Shown: positions 25,840 to 37,426, counted from the stretch's first letter. The stretch is DNA of 64,000 bases from Camelus dromedarius (GCF_036321535.1 NC_087437.1:53446001-53510000); one strand, 5' to 3'. A program made the numbers and translations. The notes: generated by a model from the letters alone, not told the origin.

Positions 25840-26281
25840 GCTTAAATGTCCTTTAAAATGTCCATAAGCGGGAGGGGACACCAAGATATGTCCTTTTTTA
25901 TTATGAATAGCAAGGAGTCATTTTACTCTTCAAAAGAAATTAAAACAGCATATCAACATTACAAATCACTGGAAGGACTTAGATAGTATCCGCTCATCTT
26001 CATAGTTCTACTATTTATTTTTTCCACATATTCACTCATTCGTTCAAAAATATTTAAGGGCTTATTCTATGTGTAAAAAATTACAGCCAGCAATGAAAAA
26101 CAATCTTTTCTACATCAGCTTGTTTGACCTAAGAATAAAAGAAGCAAGAAAATCATTTTGCCGTTTTTGGATTAAAATTCACAACTTCTTAGAAGTGTTT
26201 CTGGATCAGCTCTATTCTAATAATGTCTCTACTATCTGCTCTTGGTTCTTACTTTATACGCTATTCAACAAAGTTGGTCGC

Positions 26282-26749
26282 TGTGGCAGGCAGAGTATTG
26301 TCTCCCCAAGGAAGTCTACCTTCCTAATCCCCCAAACCTGTGACTGTGTTATCATACACGAAAAAGAGATTTTCCAGTTGTGATTAAGTTAAAGATCTCC
26401 AGGTGGAGAAATTATTCTGGATTATCTAGGTGGGCCCAGTGTAACCACAAGTCCTTATAAGAGGGAGGGAGGAGGGTCAGAGTCAGAGAAGGAGATGTGA
26501 CAATAATGGAAGAAGAGTGATGTGGCCAGGAGCCAAGGACAGTGGGCAGTCCCTAGAATCTGAAAAAGGCAAGGAACAGATTCTTCCCTGGAGCCTCCAG
26601 AAGGAACACAGCTCTGCTGACCACTTGATGTTAGCCCTGTAAGACCATTGCAGATTTCTGAGCTCTAGAACTGTAACATAATACATCTGTATTGTTTTAA
26701 GTCATTAAGTTTGTGGTAACTACTTACAGCAGCAATAGAATGTAATACA
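26282..26749 (+). mobile_element. MaLR solo LTR (MLT1D-like)
   Basis: tgtggcaggcagag...ctggattatctaggtgggcccagtgtaa...ggagcctccagaaggaacacagc...acagcagcaatagaatgtaataca. Confidence 0.8.
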
Positions 26750-27071
26750 AGCATCAAAGCATTGGGCTTCATGTGGTGAGAGACACAAAGGTCGAGAAAA
26801 CAGAACCCCTCCTCTCAAGATCCTTACAGTTTAGAAGAGATGAAACACTTATACTAAACTATAACCTAGGACATGACGAATAGCACATAAGAGAGAAACA
26901 AGAGAATGGCAATGGGAGTCCAGGGAAAGAAATCTCTTCATTTTAAGGGTAATTAGGAAGAACATAGTGGAATAGGAGGTTTTTGAGCTAATCCTAAGAG
27001 GACACATAAATTTTAAGAGATAAAAGGGATGGAGAAAGTGACATAATTTTTACAAGTTAAATCACATAAGA

Positions 27072-27243
27072 GGGGAGGGTATAGCTCAGTGGGTAGAGCG
27101 CATGCTTAGCATGCATGAGGTCATGGGATCGATCCCAGTACCTCTGCTAAATTAAAAAAAATACTAAATACATAAACCTAATTACCCCCCCAAAACCCAA
27201 ACTTTTAAATAAATTAATTAATTAAATAAATTTTAAAATATTT
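27072..27243 (+). mobile_element. Vic-1-like SINE with 15-bp TSD
   Basis: TSD ttaaatcacataaga at 27057-27071 and 27244-27258. Confidence 0.92.
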
Positions 27244-27394
27244 TTAAATCACATAAGAAATCATTTTTAAGTAAACCTATTATTAGTCATTTGATAGAGG
27301 AGACATCCCTGTAATGAAAAAATAGTCACGCTCTAACACATCTTTTATATTAAGGGAGACATGGTTAGATTTGCATGAACCTGAAGAATGACAT

Positions 27395-27645
27395 CCATTA
27401 GTTGGCTAGAGCTGCCTTGATAAAATACCACAGACTGGGTGGCTGACACAACAGAAATTTATATTCTCGAAGTTCAAGAGGCTGGAAGTCCAAAGTCAAG
27501 GTGTCTATAGGTTTGGTTTCTCCTGAGACCTATCTCTTTGGCTTGCAGACAAATGCTTTCTTACTGTGTCCTCACATGGCCTTTCCTCTGTGCTTTTCAC
27601 ACCCCTGGGTCTCCTCCTTTTCTTATAGGGACACTAGTTCTATTA
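27395..27645 (-). mobile_element. MaLR LTR fragment (MLT1-like)
   Basis: aaaataccacagactgggtggc...acaacagaaattta...ggctggaagtccaaagtcaagg...tcttatagggacactagt. Confidence 0.7.
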
Positions 27646-28523
27646 TAAAGGTGGTCCCATTGCCATGGTGTGATGGAGAAAGTCCCAATGTCTTTAATTG
27701 CCATTCAGCCTCCTCTGACACCACCCCAGTGGGAGAGCGAAGCCTGCTTTGGTTACTGCCTGGTGGGTATGGCTGTCAAGGCTCCCCCGTGGTCTCCTGT
27801 GACCACATAGAAGTCACGGTGGGGATGTCAGGGCACCCCATCACAGCCTTGCAGGGTTTGGGGGTGGGAATTACAGGCTCCCTGTTTGGCCTTTGCTGGC
27901 ATGGCTGTGGGTAGGACCACAGTTTCTTCTGTGGTGTTTGGCTGGAATACAGTGATTGTTGTCAAAAGGTTTTCTTTCTTCCTAGGATGCCTCTTTTCTT
28001 GGGCCTCTGGGTAGAGAGAGCAGACTTTTGTTGGACCTTTTCTTGGTCTGTGCCTATTTGGTTTGCTGACTTCTTCAGTTCCAATCGGGGATATATGATG
28101 TAGAAGGAAAACTGACGAAACTCGCCACCATGTCTGTCTCGAGTTTCCTAGTCAGACTGTCTTCTTTTCTCCACCTCTCAGTGTTCTTGTGTTTGCTTTA
28201 AATGTAATGTGCAGTTGTGCAGTGTTTTTAGTTGTACTTAGCAGGAGAAATAGGGAAAAGTGTGTCTATTTTATTGTCCCAGAAGTGGAAGTGGACCTTA
28301 TTATTTTAAATAGCTAAGTAATACACATGGCATACAATTCATTAACCAATCTCCTTTTGATAGACATTTAGGTTGCCTATTAAAATAATGAGAAAAGGAA
28401 TGTTCATTGAGGCGGGTGGGGGTGGGGAAGAGGAAGAGAGGTGGATGAGGCGGGTATTGTTCTGGGTTCTTGGGCTATTATACGCACAGGGTAAAATTCC
28501 TAACTGGAATTGTTGGGTCAAAG

Positions 28524-29181
28524 TGTTAGAGCAGGCAGGTAGCTAGATATGAGCAGAGAAAGGGGGACACAGACCAAATGGCAGGAATTGGGCAGAAAGG
28601 AGGGGCACAAGCCAAATGCAGGAAACCACACATCATGTAAGCAGCAGGGGTCCCTGGGCAAAGAAAGAAAAGCAGGAACCTTTGGGTTGATAAGGGATCA
28701 TGCTTTTTGGGGTGACAAGTGGCCTGGAGAAGAACAAAGAAACGTGAGAAAAGGCAGGAATTTTCAGTGTCTGAATGTAACCTTTTGCTCATTATGCCCT
28801 CATTTCAATAAAATTAACCTTGCAGATCAGAAGTACCCATCATGCACCAACGCCATGACACTTCCGATCCAGACTAAGTAAGGACAAAAATCCCTCCTCC
28901 CTTTGGGAAGGTGGAGTTGGGATGATAATCAGGGAATACAACCCCAAACCCTTCCCTCCCCAATGAATATTCCGCCCATTCATTTTTACACCTTATGTAG
29001 CTAACTTGCCAAAGAAAGTTAGGGCAGCCACTCACTGAGCCTGCCCGCTTTCCCTTTGAGAGGGTACTATCCATCCTTTAATAAATCCTCACTTTACTTT
29101 TTTTAACCACTACATCTTGTCTCTGAATTCTTTCTGGGACGGGACAAGAACATGGAACACTGGTTGCCTCTATCGGCAACA
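28524..29181 (+). mobile_element. Intact ERV1-class solo LTR with 4-bp TSD
   Basis: TGTT...AACA termini; TSD AAAG at 28520-28523 and 29182-29185; internal AATAAA near 29080 followed by U5-like sequence; splits an old L1 fragment. Confidence 0.85.
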
Positions 29182-30690
29182 AAAGGACGTGCATTTTAAT
29201 TCTTCATATTGCTAAAATATCCTCAAGAATGTTACAGTAATTTCAACTCCCACCATCAGAAGGGTATGTGTCTTCCCATAGAGTAGTATCAAATCTTCTA
29301 TTTTTGATCTCCCAATTGAGAATTGTTCTCTTAAGTTGTTTGTTTGTGCTTATTTTACTTTCTCAGTGGGATCCAAAGTGAGAATTGTGCCTTTTTCATT
29401 TCCTTGATAGCTGCAAGGACCCAGCACCCGTGCTACATACCATAGTAGTTATTTGTTTGTTGTTGAAGGTTTTAGCAGTTCAAAGAAAGGATTAGAGCTG
29501 ACAATACAGAACTCTGACAGTTTCATGACTTCAAATAAAACACAAAATTTCAAAAGGTTTTAAAAGCAGGTTTTTGTCAAAGTATTGTTTGGAGACTAAC
29601 CTGAATCAAAATCATACAGGGGTCACGGGCAATGGAATGCCATGTGCCTCCTGACCTGAGGGACTGGGGAGGATGCTTCACCACCTACATGTAATATTCT
29701 GGCCAAAAATGTTGAATTTGAATCTAACAGTGAGGGAACAATCAGACAAATTCAAAGTGTGAGACATTCTAAAACAGAGAAACAAAATCAAAGAGGTCTG
29801 GAATCTTCAAAAACACTATTGTTATAAAAGACAGGAAAAACAGCCAAACAAGATTAATGAGGTCATAAGACACGCAAGCACATGTGTGTGCACACACACC
29901 CACCTACACACAAATTTTATACACATGTAGATGTAATAGAATTTCTGATGAGAAAATCTCTTTCCCCAAAGAAGAATACTGTTCTAAATTAAAAGAGATT
30001 AAATAAATCACTAAATATAACGTGTGATCATTGATTAAATCTTAGATTTTTTTTAAGGTCACAAAGTAAATTATTGGGACGTTTGAGAAACGTTGAATAT
30101 AGTTCATTTTGTAGTTATTATTCTATCTATAGTAAATTTGGGAATATAAGGTATTTTTGTGGTTTTACGGAAGGATAACATCTTTGTTTTTTAAGACGTA
30201 GTGCTGAAGCTTTAAGAGTGAAGTGTCACTACTAACTAAGTTTGTGACTTTCAGAAAGTTCAGAAAAAAACTCAGATAAATATAAGAGAGAACAAATGTA
30301 GGGAACTGTTAACAACTGTTAAGTGTGACACACATTTGGTGTTCGTTGCTTTTTCTTGCAACTTGTCTTTAGGTTAAGAATTTTCCAAAATAAAAAGCTG
30401 ACCCTACCTCAGACCAATCTACTGGATCTGGGTTGGGAGGGTGGAGTCCACATGCATCTGCATTTCCAGGAGGTCTTCCCATTGATTTGTACGCATACCA
30501 TGGTTTTAGTTGTATTTTTATTTCAGTCCTTATATGAGTAGAGCTAGAAAAACCTCCATATCTTGATTATACAATAGAGTTTAATAACCTTGGATTAATG
30601 AATATAAAACAGTCCTGATACAGTTCAACAGCCCCCTTCCATGGTCCTCCTCAACTTTTCCCATTTTTTTAACTCTATTAATATCTTTAC

Positions 30691-31910
30691 CTATCTTCAT
30701 GCAAATGGTTTTTAAAATTATTGTGAAGAATTTGGCAGTGAGTGCCACCCTCCAAATTGCTTCAGTGGACACTGCCTACATTGCGCAGAATCTAACCTCT
30801 AATTTCTTCCAGCAACTGAATAATGAAGAAGTGATCACTATTGTTCTCATCCAGCTCAAGGCAATTTTTTTTAAAAAGTCTTAAATTACAGATGGAGGGA
30901 CAGCATATCCCTGTGTGTTTACTAAATAATAAATGACATTAATAAGTAATAAATGAATTCAAATTCCAAAAACATACCTTAACCAACTTTTGCCTATCAA
31001 TGACTTACCAAGACACAGCTTTAAATGGGTAGCTATCACTTAAAACCAATTGATGGCCTTAAAATAATGTTAAGATCAGCAACATGGCACACAATGCTCC
31101 CTGAGTGATGAGAATATTTTCTATAGGAAGACATCACTACAAACATAAACGATACTCTTTTAAGGTTTTGTTATTGTTTTTCCATGTCATGCTGACAAAT
31201 CCATAGGAATTCCTTGATTCCTCTGGTGAACATTGGCCTACAACTGCTAGGTGGGTTTACAATTGTCAGCTGAGGTTCTTGATGAGCAAAACTAAATTAG
31301 GTGGCTCCCACAGGGAAGAATCTGAGTTCTGGTATCCTTTGCAGTGTAAATGGCCTCACATGCTCCAGGTTAGCAAAGAAGCATTTGACTTAGAGATGGC
31401 TATCTAATTTTAGGTCTCAGGTAAGTAGAAGTTTATCTTAACAGTGAAAGAGTATGCTCCGTGTTGATATGCAAAACTTTGTAAATATGTATGTTTTGTT
31501 TGGATCTTTATCTCACTTTTTACTTACTAATGCTATTTAGTAAGCACATGCAAATATGGTAAGCATAACATTTATCAGAAATACATTTTAGAGTTGCAGG
31601 CAATGTGGATCTGGATTTTTTGCTCAATTTTGGATTAGGAAGCCTTCTTACCTTGAAAACCCTTCAGCAGTTGTAACCTAAACCAGAGTTTAGCCCTTGA
31701 TTATTTCCTGTTAAAAGACTCTGGAAATCCTCCAGGTAACAGTAGTCCTAAACCTAAAGAAAACATTCTACAATTAGGCGTTAATTGTTGATTGATTTCA
31801 CCCGATAGACTTAAGTGAGACAAAATTGTTGGCCACTTTTTCTGAATTAGTATTTTCTTCAGCTTCTTGGATGCCAGGAGATTCTTAGTAGGTTTTGGAT
31901 GAGACAATAA
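30691..31910 (-). pseudogene. Putative highly degenerate Ser/Thr protein-kinase relic, unassigned
   Basis: Collinear motif remnants across frames: LASKKLKK, V*DYCYLEDFQSLL, FRLQLLKGFQ, *DLKLD, CFFANL, CSPEESRNSYGFVSMTW, YPF, VPPSVI*DFLK/NCLELDENN; many stops and frameshifts. Confidence 0.4.
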
Positions 31911-32689
31911 GGATCTCTGACTTCTATTCTCAGAAGACGTCTGGCATCACCCCAGATCTGGATTTGAACACTATGGGGGGGTTGGACAAGGTGCAGCATC
32001 ACTAGACTGAGGGCCAAGTCCGCTTTGTCATCTTGGTCTTAGTTTTTATCACAGATCCCAGCATGACAACAATTTTCAAATAAGTAAATGATTTTCTGGA
32101 AAAAAATACATGTAGTATTTAGAACCAAATATCGTATCAAGTACAATATACAAATACAGAAAATTGAGTCATTTTTTTCCAGCTATCAGGCGTTAGGTTG
32201 GTCGTCTGAATCAACGAGAAAATGTTTTCCTGAGTATTCGTGATATCTTGCAGTGTGGGCAGAACTGTATTTTAAAGTTAAACGACTAAACATATATGCA
32301 TATTTTATTAACGGCTTGGGTTATGGCTCCTGTTGAAAAGCTCTGGAGCTTTAAGAATCATGCAGTTTATTTAAGCAGCAAGGCTTGGGTTGTATTCCGC
32401 TCAATTTCAATAAATCAACATTCATTCTGTATAAGCAATTAAAACTCAAAAAAAAGCCTTTTGGGAAAAAAAATGACCAGATCCGAAACCTATCTAGCCT
32501 AAGGCGGCGGAAGCATCCATTTAAAGTTCTGCTTAATAGGAAAACTACCCCTGTTTGCAAAAATTAATGATTTTTATCAGGCATTTCTTACACCCGTTAA
32601 AATTAGCATTATTTTTAGGAGAGCGAGAGAAGACCAGACGCAACATGAGAATAGAGTTGGCTACTCCGGAGACATCTGCCAAGGACACT

Positions 32690-34150
32690 ACACATTGCTT
32701 CTCGCCCTGCGCAGCGTACGGTAAACCGGCTCTTCTGGGACGTGCTGGGTGGCCGACATTTTCCGAAGCAGGAGTTTCACACTTTTAAGGTCTGAATGGA
32801 TGTTAAACGCTCGGGCCAAAGGCCAGGCGGCTCCTTCTCCTTAAGTAGCGTGGGAACAGGCGGAATAACACGATTCCCCTCCAGGGCAGAGCGTGGACGT
32901 GCCAGCCCCTCCGGCACCGAGCACCCGGGGTCACGGCGAGCTCGGCACACTTGCCCGCAGGGAAGCCGGGGCGGCCCAGCTCCCGGCGCGCCCCAGCCTT
33001 CCGCCTCCCGGTCCGGCCCGGCGCCCCGGCCGCCTCTGCTTCAGGGACGTGGAAACCCCGTAGGAGCAGGGCGGGCGGGGAACGCAGTCTGCCTACTTCT
33101 TGCTGCAATATTCTTCCGCGGCAGAGCAAAGAGTTCCAACCTTCCCCCAGGGTTCTGGGATGTACAGGCAGCCTGTAATATCGACAGGTAACCAAACTTG
33201 GGTTTTCCCGCCGCTTTGCTTAGGATATTTTCTGAGATAAGGACCCCAGGATCACAATTTTGTGGCAGGCCAAAGACCGACGGGGAAATTCCTCCGCAGA
33301 AAACGGGTTCCGGCCGCGAGCCTATAAAAAACGGGTGGTGCGGCCCGGCTGTCTTTTCAGTCGGGCGCTGAGTGGCTCTTCGGATCATGTCTGGTGGCTC
33401 CGCGGATTATAACAGGTATGGGGCTTTCTTGGTGGCGGTATTCTGTAGCAAAGGTTGTAGGATGGTGGGGGAGACTGGGATACTGGCGAGGAGGCAGGGA
33501 ACCCCGGGTTCATAGGCGTTGCCTTGGGGCACAGTACCCCTGTGTTCTTCGAGAAGCTTCCATAATGGGTAGGGTTGGGACTGTGGGGAGACGAGATAAG
33601 GGTAGGAAACGAGGTAGTGAAAGGTGTGTTTTCCCAGAGGCGCTTGAAAATAGCGGCCCCTGCCCTGCCGAGCCCGGCGTTTAGTTGAAACCGTGGCGCA
33701 GCCCGCATTCGGTTCATGAAACTGGGGCCTAAGGCTTTATTCGCGGCCAAGGGCGGGAGTTGGAGTGCTGGACTACATGTAGGTGGGATGGGGGTAGGAC
33801 GGCAGCGGCGCCCAGTCGCTGCGGCCAGAGGCCGGGTGGGGCTGCGCCGGCAACGGGGTCCCGGCGAACCGTTGGCATGGCCCTCGGCAGGCCTCGGCCT
33901 GCGTCAATCACCCCGGCTTGCGCAGTGTTAGGGGCGGAGCTCGGCGCGTGGAGCTCTCGCGAGACGGTCGGGCTCCGGGAGGGGAGAGCCTGGCGCTCGG
34001 GCCTGGGGGGGAGGGCCCGCTTCCGTGGGGCCTTTCCGGGAGTCCCGAGTTCTTAAGCTTGGGGCAGGCGCGCAGTACATTGTGTGCCCCGCAGCATCAG
34101 CCTCTTTGGCAAGTGTACACGTGCGTGGGAGGCGACCTGATGAGACAGGT
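32690..34150 (+). promoter_or_regulatory. EIF4A2 CpG-island promoter with TATA box
   Basis: CpG-dense; TATAAAA at 33323-33329, about 25-30 nt upstream of pyrimidine-rich gtcttttcag; GC boxes; ttccgg ETS-like site at about 33308. Confidence 0.85.
33387..33415 (+). CDS. EIF4A2: eIF4A-II exon 1 (start)
   Basis: ATG TCT GGT GGC TCC GCG GAT TAT AAC AG|gtatg = MSGGSADYN. Confidence 0.96.
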
Positions 34151-34234
34151 AATGGAAGGGCACATCCCCTTAATGTGCAGTTTACGGGGGATTGGAGAAG
34201 ACATGTTCCCTAACTGTAGTATTTTTGTCAGCAG

Positions 34235-34280
34235 AGAACATGGCGGCCCAGAGGGAATGGACCCCGATGGTGTCATCGAG
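34235..34280 (+). CDS. EIF4A2: eIF4A-II exon 2 (NAGNAG alternative start at 34232)
   Basis: tcagcag|AGAACAT...ATCGAG|gtaag; EHGGPEGMDPDGVIE. Confidence 0.96.
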
Positions 34281-34366
34281 GTAAGAAATGTGTGTAGAAT
34301 TGGAAATTATTGAAAGGTGGGTTGGTTCATCCCATTTATTCTTTTTTTTTTTTTTTAAACTTTCAG

Positions 34367-34499
34367 AGCAACTGGAATGAAATTGTTGATAACTTTGACG
34401 ATATGAATTTAAAGGAGTCTCTTCTTCGGGGCATTTATGCTTATGGTTTTGAGAAGCCATCAGCTATTCAGCAGAGAGCTATTATTCCGTGTATTAAAG
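34367..34499 (+). CDS. EIF4A2: eIF4A-II exon 3 (Q motif)
   Basis: [48 protein letters not shown] boundaries. Confidence 0.97.
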
Positions 34500-34613
34500 G
34501 TAAAAGAATTCGTAGGCACTTTTTGAAATCGAATTCACTGTTCTGCGTACAGCTGGACCATAAAAGGGAAAATACTTATCTTCTGGGGGACTAGCACCTA
34601 TTTGTATTCCTCA

Positions 34614-34683
34614 AAGTGAAATGATGGCAATCATCTTTCGGGACTGACCTGAAATGAAGAGAATACTCATTGCTGATCACTTG
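34614..34683 (+). ncRNA. SNORD2: Box C/D snoRNA SNORD2 in EIF4A2 intron 3
   Basis: aagtga/tcactt terminal stem; C-like box ATGATGG 34621-34627; D box CTGA 34673-34676; sequence and host intron match recalled SNORD2. Confidence 0.92.
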
Positions 34684-34783
34684 ATTATTTGGGCATAATT
34701 CATGTTCCAAATGGAATACATGGTGTGAACTAGAAGTGACGGTTTGATGTGGGATCGGTAAATATGTATCCTACTTTTTTTAG

Positions 34784-34923
34784 GGTATGATGTGATTGCT
34801 CAAGCTCAGTCAGGTACTGGCAAGACAGCCACATTTGCTATTTCCATCCTGCAACAGTTGGAGATTGAGTTCAAGGAGACCCAAGCACTAGTATTGGCCC
34901 CCACCAGAGAACTGGCTCAACAG
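34784..34923 (+). CDS. EIF4A2: eIF4A-II exon 4 (motif I AQSGTGKT, Ia PTRELA)
   Basis: [46 protein letters not shown]; 140 nt. Confidence 0.97.
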
Positions 34924-35690
34924 GTATTGATAGTGTAGTTGAAAAAAACTGCTTGCGTGTTGCATAGGTTTCAGGTTTCACAACTGTGAAGAATTTAAAG
35001 CTTAGTATAAATTGGTCCTACAGAGCCCTCCTTTTAACTGTCCGTGCATGCAGGGAGATTTTGATGAAAGTTAAACAGGAACTGGGTGTTCAGGTATGGT
35101 TTGCAGGGTTGTGTAACAGATTGACAAACTGAAGGTTTCTGCTCAGGGTGGATAGGTCCGTTCCCATTTTTAAGTTTGAATGCAGTTGTGCAACATGAAA
35201 ACTGCAGTGACATGTTATTTGACTGTCTCAGTAGTTTGTTACGCATCTGTTGCATGCTGTGTTTTCAAAGCTCACTGCTGTATTGGCTTTGAAGTAAATC
35301 TTGCTAATAAACCTGTAGGCTTTATTAAGGTCAAGATACAAGTCGCAGTACCCTGCAGAAAAAGAACATTAACTGTTCTAACTGCAGTTGTGAAGCTTGT
35401 TTTGCTATTTACACCTTCCTACGCAGTGAAAAATGTAGGAAATGTTTCATTCTTTAACCTAGTTGGTAGCTGGGGCAGCAGAATTCCAAGTTTGACAAGG
35501 CACAGGACATTTTCAGTGAAGTTTATCTTGAGGCAGTTAGATGGGTCTGCATTTTAAGCTTGGAAGTAGTTAAGTGGTGTGCATGCATAAAAGCTTGTTT
35601 GCAGACCAGATATTTGCCATTTTGCTTTGGAAGTTTAGTCACAAAAGCCTGTAGTTCTATTGGATGATAATTAAGGCTTTTGGCTTTCAG

Positions 35691-35859
35691 ATCCAAAAGG
35701 TAATTCTGGCACTTGGAGACTATATGGGAGCAACTTGTCATGCCTGCATTGGTGGAACCAATGTTCGAAATGAGATGCAAAAACTGCAGGCTGAAGCACC
35801 ACATATTGTTGTTGGTACGCCAGGGAGAGTGTTTGATATGTTAAACAGAAGATATCTTT
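35691..35859 (+). CDS. EIF4A2: eIF4A-II exon 5 (GG, TPGR)
   Basis: [56 protein letters not shown]; 169 nt. Confidence 0.97.
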
Positions 35860-35945
35860 GTAAGTATTGAGTATAGTTTGGTTTTCATATTATAAATAGC
35901 ATGCCTGAGAATCTAGAGATGATAATATGGTTTTATTTTTAACAG

Positions 35946-36055
35946 CTCCAAAATGGATCAAAATGTTTGTTTTGGATGAAGCAGATGAAATGTTGAGCCG
36001 AGGGTTTAAGGATCAAATCTATGAGATTTTCCAAAAATTAAATACAAGTATTCAG
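35946..36055 (+). CDS. EIF4A2: eIF4A-II exon 6 (DEAD box)
   Basis: [36 protein letters not shown]; 110 nt. Confidence 0.97.
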
Positions 36056-36101
36056 GTGAGCTTGATTGCACTTACTCTTCTATAGCTGGAGGTTAGGTTT
36101 A

Positions 36102-36230
36102 ATGCAGGTACTGTTACAATACAACTGAAGTGTTCTATTGTCGTTCCCCCTGCTTAAAGTAATTGATGCATAACTATCTCTGTCTAGCACAATTCCATGC
36201 CAAAACAGAGACGCTTGGTCTCAAACATTG
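36102..36230 (+). ncRNA. SNORA63B: Box H/ACA snoRNA, second SNORA63 (E3) family copy in intron 6
   Basis: Shares gcagg...ttgtcgttccccctgct and gacgcttggtctca-ACA with the intron-8 copy; ACA at 36225-36227. Confidence 0.8.
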
Positions 36231-36298
36231 TTTTTCTTATTGTGAAAGTTGTGCTAATTATTTGTGTGATGTGTGACAACAGAATCACTGTTTTTAAG

Positions 36299-36442
36299 GT
36301 TGTGTTGCTTTCTGCCACGATGCCAACGGATGTGTTGGAAGTGACCAAAAAATTCATGAGAGATCCAATTCGAATTCTGGTGAAAAAGGAAGAGTTGACC
36401 CTTGAAGGAATCAAACAGTTTTATATTAATGTTGAGAGAGAG
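36299..36442 (+). CDS. EIF4A2: eIF4A-II exon 7 (SAT motif)
   Basis: [48 protein letters not shown]; 144 nt; AAG acceptor. Confidence 0.97.
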
Positions 36443-36489
36443 GTAATTTGTCTAATTATTAAACATAAAAATGTAGCCAGGTTTTGTTT

Positions 36490-36668
36490 TACCTTCTTGT
36501 ATAAGCACTGTGCTAAAATTATAGAAACTAGGATCACATCTTGGTTTTTGTAATAATGCTAGCAGAGTACACACAAGAAGAAGAGTAACTGCACTAGATT
36601 GTAAAGACTGGGGTGGACCTCTTTCTTAATGTCCAGTGTCCTTTGTCTTAAGATTTGGTGCAATATAT
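36490..36668 (+). ncRNA. SNORA81: Box H/ACA snoRNA SNORA81 in intron 7, overlapping the MIR1248 annotation (about 36488-36593)
   Basis: accttcttgtataagcactgtgctaaa (recalled miR-1248 sequence) pairs with cacaagaag; H-like box AGAGTA; second hairpin gcactagatt...gatttggtgc; 3' end approximate. Confidence 0.85.
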
Positions 36669-36753
36669 CTTTAATCTAACAATGAAATTCTAACGAATGG
36701 AAGTTAGAAACGATGATTTTAATGACTTAAACTTTCTCTTTGAAATGCTGTAG

Positions 36754-36909
<156 letters not shown>

Positions 36910-36938
36910 TAGTAATGATAATTGAAGTCTCTTCATTA

Positions 36939-37071
36939 AAGCAGGATTTAGACTACAATATAGCTGTAAGTGCTGTGTTGTCGTTCCCCCTGCTCAAAAT
37001 AAAGTTGTTTCTTAACTATACCTGTCTGCTTTACTCCTGTAGCAGCCAGGGACGCTTGGTCTCATACATGT
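36939..37071 (+). ncRNA. SNORA63: Box H/ACA snoRNA SNORA63 (E3) in intron 8
   Basis: aagcaggatttagactacaatatagctg...tcgttccccctgct...gggacgcttggtctcatACAtgt. Confidence 0.92.
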
Positions 37072-37137
37072 TGATAAAATATTTTGATTTGATGTGAATT
37101 AAATCATGATATTAATTTCAGGTTTGTTAATTTGCAG

Positions 37138-37227
37138 CATGGTGACATGGACCAGAAGGAAAGAGATGTTATCATGAGGGAATTCCGATCAGGGTCAAGC
37201 CGTGTTCTGATCACTACTGACTTGTTG
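37138..37227 (+). CDS. EIF4A2: eIF4A-II exon 9
   Basis: [30 protein letters not shown]; 90 nt. Confidence 0.97.
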
Positions 37228-37252
37228 GTAAATCTTACTGCTCTTTGTAATC

Positions 37253-37392
37253 TACCAAAAGTTTGTATTGGGGGAAGGTTTTTAAATAACCTTTACCAAC
37301 TTAGGGCTATTTGGGAGAATAAAGAAAAGACCACACTCCACAGTGGGCTATACCATTTAGTATAGTCCATTACTATTTTGTGGCCTACATTA
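37253..37392 (+). ncRNA. SNORA4: Box H/ACA snoRNA SNORA4 in intron 9
   Basis: taccaaaag...ggctatttgg and gaccacactccacagtgggctatac...tgtggcctACAtta; matches recalled SNORA4. Confidence 0.88.
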
Positions 37393-37426
37393 CATAATTG
37401 TCTAGTTTTTTAAAATTAGAATTTGA

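Noticed and set aside
32796..34313. Many overlapping ORFs in the EIF4A2 CpG island
   Set aside because: Expected from stop-codon scarcity in GC-rich DNA; the real exons are only 33387-33415 and 34235-34280.
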